Shown here: in pieces, positions 60,881-64,000 of the stretch
Position numbering within the stretch: the first letter of the stretch is position 1
Layout: every line of letters starts with the position of its first letter
Assembly: GCF_018977255.1 (NCBI RefSeq)
Contig: NW_024704743.1
Span: forward strand, 65,660,001-65,724,000
Length of the DNA stretch: 64,000 bases
Source: Callorhinchus milii
Lineage: Eukaryota
Direction of reading: 5' to 3'
The notes under the pieces: generated by a model
Seen by the model: only the letters and a program-made list of their open reading frames with translations
The model's database searches: none
Told to the model about the DNA's origin: nothing
Made by a program: the position numbers and the translations under genes

Positions 60881-61179
60881 GAATATTATTATTCAGAGCC
60901 ACAAAGGACACATGGTCATCAACTTCGAACAAACCCACCGAGTGCAAAAATAGATCCAGATATTTTCTTCTTTCAAATATCGATTGAATGTAATTAAAAA
61001 ANCGATAATATAATATGACAATAATGATAATAATAATAATAATTGTATACAGACCTTATAACGAGAAAATATTTTCTAAAAAAACAAAATACCTAAGGCT
61101 TGAAATTTTACATAATCTTAGCCTGTCAGACCATTATGGCTGCAAATTTCAGATCATTCTGGAAGCTGGCGCTTTTTAA

Positions 61180-61390
61180 ACAACAATGGAAAAACAACAA
61201 CTCTTTGCATTTATATAGTGCCCTTCACGCGGGTTAGCGTCCCCAAGTGCTTGACAGTGGCGGAGTCTGACACCACTCCAAGGGGGAGAGGGAGGTGGGA
61301 GGTCTCCGTAAGCACGATCAAAAATGAAGGTCTTTAGGCGGGATTTGAAGGTGCGGAGGGAAGGGGCAAGGTGGATGGATTGAGAACTGT
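61180..61390 (-). mobile_element. L2 3' end
   Basis: LAPSLRTFKSRLKTFIFDRAY plus tail. Confidence 0.8.
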
Positions 61391-63084
61391 GTACCAAATC
61401 CAAAATAGTTTCTCTGAGACTATTTTGGATACAGTACACGTTATGAAATTCAAATGGGTAAATGACTGAGCGAACTGATTAGCATTTAGATCCAGAACCT
61501 CCTGGCCCCAGGTCAATGATCTGAGGCACCCAGAATCTTTACAACATAAAGGAACCATAAAGCTTAAAGGACTAAATTGATGAGGCGTCATTCAGCTCAA
61601 AATTCAGGCGGGGAGTAAATTACAAACTGAAATGAACAGACAGAGGTATATAATGAAGAGCCATGACATATGATCAACATTCCATGATTGGCTGACCCAA
61701 TAACTCACAGGCAGTGAAGTTTTATGTGAGTTCTGTCTATGTCAGTGGGACATAAATCATATTCCCTGGCTCTTCATTATTTAAGATTGATATACTTAAT
61801 CCGAGACAAGTAACTCAAAGTAAAATGAAAAGAATCAGTGGCAAATTCTTCTATTATAAATCCAAGTAAAAGGCTGAATGAATAGTGGACGTGATCCAAA
61901 GGAGCTGCTGATAACCTCTTCTCCTACAATGCTATTTTCTCCAGTTATGATGTAATCTCAATGATGTATGAAAATATCTCACAGTCATTACACTAACACG
62001 TGTGGCATTACGTGTACTTTGAAATGGGTACAATACAGACTGAAATCCAATGACAGACTGTACTAAACACAACAATTTACAACTCCTTGTGCTCTTTGTG
62101 ATGTAACTTGCCTGTCTCACGCTCAATCAAGATTACTGTGGTCACTGAAACTCAAGAATAAAGTCAAACAAGTTATACTGGTGTTTAGAGTGATAGTGAG
62201 AATTGTTACAACTGATCTCTTAACAGTCATTTACAGATGATGTTTAACATTTTAAAGTTACTTAGTTTTATGAAAAATCTATTTGCATTCATGTATTGCA
62301 GGTTTTAAACTACCATTTCCTGGTCCCAAAGCCTTGTTTCTGTGGTGTACCATTCTTTGATGTGAAAAATGCGATGTTTCATAACAGATAACTATCATTG
62401 AATGTTATGAAATAATTATATTAGGATCTAAAGCATTTGATTTAGTGCCTTTCACGTTCAGAGGATGTCTCTAAGTGCTTCACAGGATTCACTGTAAAAT
62501 GAGGTGACTGTATTTCGTAAGCAAGCATGGCAATTAACTGTGCACAGCAATGTCCCCAACCAGCCATGAAGTGAATGAAATATCATATTGTTCACCCTAA
62601 TGATTTAATTATTAGTCCACAAGTTGTTATCTACAATCTAGTTTTAATGCACAGTGAAGATTTGTAGTCTTTTTCTTTGGAGAAGGAGGAATATATTTTT
62701 GGAGAAAGAAATTTGAAGTTTATAAAAAAAACTTATCAAATTGATTACCACTTTGTAACCAGCCCTCATTTCACCCAGATGGAGGAAGGGATGTGATCTA
62801 TTAGAAACTTCATATGATATGGATATGAGACATTAGGACTTTCTTCACTAAAGCTAAGAAAGTTACGTAGATGTCTTAAAGATTATGGAGATTACTGATA
62901 AGATAAATAGCAATATATATTTTTCACTGATTGGCTGGTATGTAAACAGAGGGCACAAAGTAAAAGAACCATAAAATTAATTAGATTTTAATGTTTGTCA
63001 GATTCTCTCTCACGTGATCTGAATGGTGAAGTCTTTGAAGTCAGGTCGTGAAGCATTGGACATCTGGCTCACAGATATTAGCGT

Positions 63085-63385
63085 TCTTGAGACGATCCTC
63101 CTGACGTGAAAGGCACTATACAAATGTAATTTGTTGTAGTTGTTGCTGTTATTGTTATAAACTTCAATTGGGGATAATAATCCCTTCCAAAAAAAATGTG
63201 GTCATTCAATTTATGACCGTTTGCGGGACACTGCTGTGCCCAATTGGCTGCCTTGTTTGGCCCACAAAATATACAATCAATTCACTTTACAGTATATTCT
63301 GTGAAGTGCTTTGAGATGTTTCGAAGACATGATGAGGTCCTATATCAAATGCAAGGATTATTATTATTATTATTATTATTATTAC
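63085..63385 (+). mobile_element. L2 tail (63085-63150) followed by a 5'-truncated SINE (63170-63385) with a (TTA)n tail
   Basis: cctcctgacgtgaaaggcactatacaaatgtaatttgttg, then ataataatccc...atcaaatgcaaggattattatt. Confidence 0.8.
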
Positions 63386-64000
63386 TGGCTTTGTGAGATC
63401 TTTGTTTATTAAATATCAGTATTCCACCTACTGGCACTCAGATGCCACGATCTGCAGCCAGCATGATGGACACCATCATTGAAAACTGTGTCAGGGTCAA
63501 CTGCACACACCTCCACATCCATTTGATGACTTAAACAAAGAATGGATCATTCAATTGCCCAGTGCTCCAGCGGTAGAACCAGAATTGATACAGAGATGAT
63601 CTGTCATCTGGACAGAAACAAATATTTCCAGGAAGCCAATCAATTTATCATCTGTTTGATGCTGCTTCTTGTTTTTCTAATTCCCCCCCTTGTTTTATTA
63701 ATCCCACTTTCCAGCTCTTTCCTCTTATCCCTTAATGTTTATTCCACCACTTTCTATAATTCCATGTGCTCTATGATTCTACCTCTGTAAGGATACACTG
63801 AACAGAATTTTTCTGCAAATCATGTTTTTAGCTTGTAGATGTGGAATAGAATTGTAGAAACTTGCAGTATAGAAAAAAGCAATTCAGCCCAGAATAACTA
63901 TTGCCTTTTAGTCAATTATTTCCCAATTTTTCGGGCTTGTAAGAAAATTAAAGTAATGATATCTGAGGTTGACATGATTGACCAGAACCCAAGTATTTAT

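Noticed and set aside
60995..61045. AT-rich (ATA)n run containing an N at 61002
   Set aside because: Low-complexity repeat at an ambiguous base or possible contig join; adjacency across it is unreliable.

Overview
Vertebrate genomic DNA. The mix of L2 and CR1 LINEs with DeuSINE/SacSINE1-like SINEs suggests a cartilaginous fish, possibly a chimaera or elephant shark; the species is an inference. Positions 2879-14372 (+) hold the last ten coding exons of a tensin-3 (TNS3) orthologue: the Ser/Pro-rich region, SH2 domain, PTB domain and stop codon. All splice sites are GT-AG and phase-compatible. The ~1.1 kb 3'UTR ends at a double AATAAA near 15442-15456. The remaining ~48 kb has no recognisable intact gene. 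It is filled with L2 and CR1 fragments, old full-length DeuSINEs, a younger tRNA-Ala-headed chimeric SINE, one Gypsy-type solo LTR with a 4-bp TSD, an unclassified poly(A)-ended repeat, small palindromic elements and microsatellites. Almost all long ORFs in the track are L2/CR1 reverse-transcriptase remnants or their antisense shadows. I found no convincing new protein-coding system. The most interesting signals are in retroelement biology (SINE module swapping, a co-varying SINE/L2 3' stem-loop, a tail-only insertion, an inverted CR1) and in a few unexplained non-coding repeats and hairpins. Repeat boundaries are read by eye and approximate.
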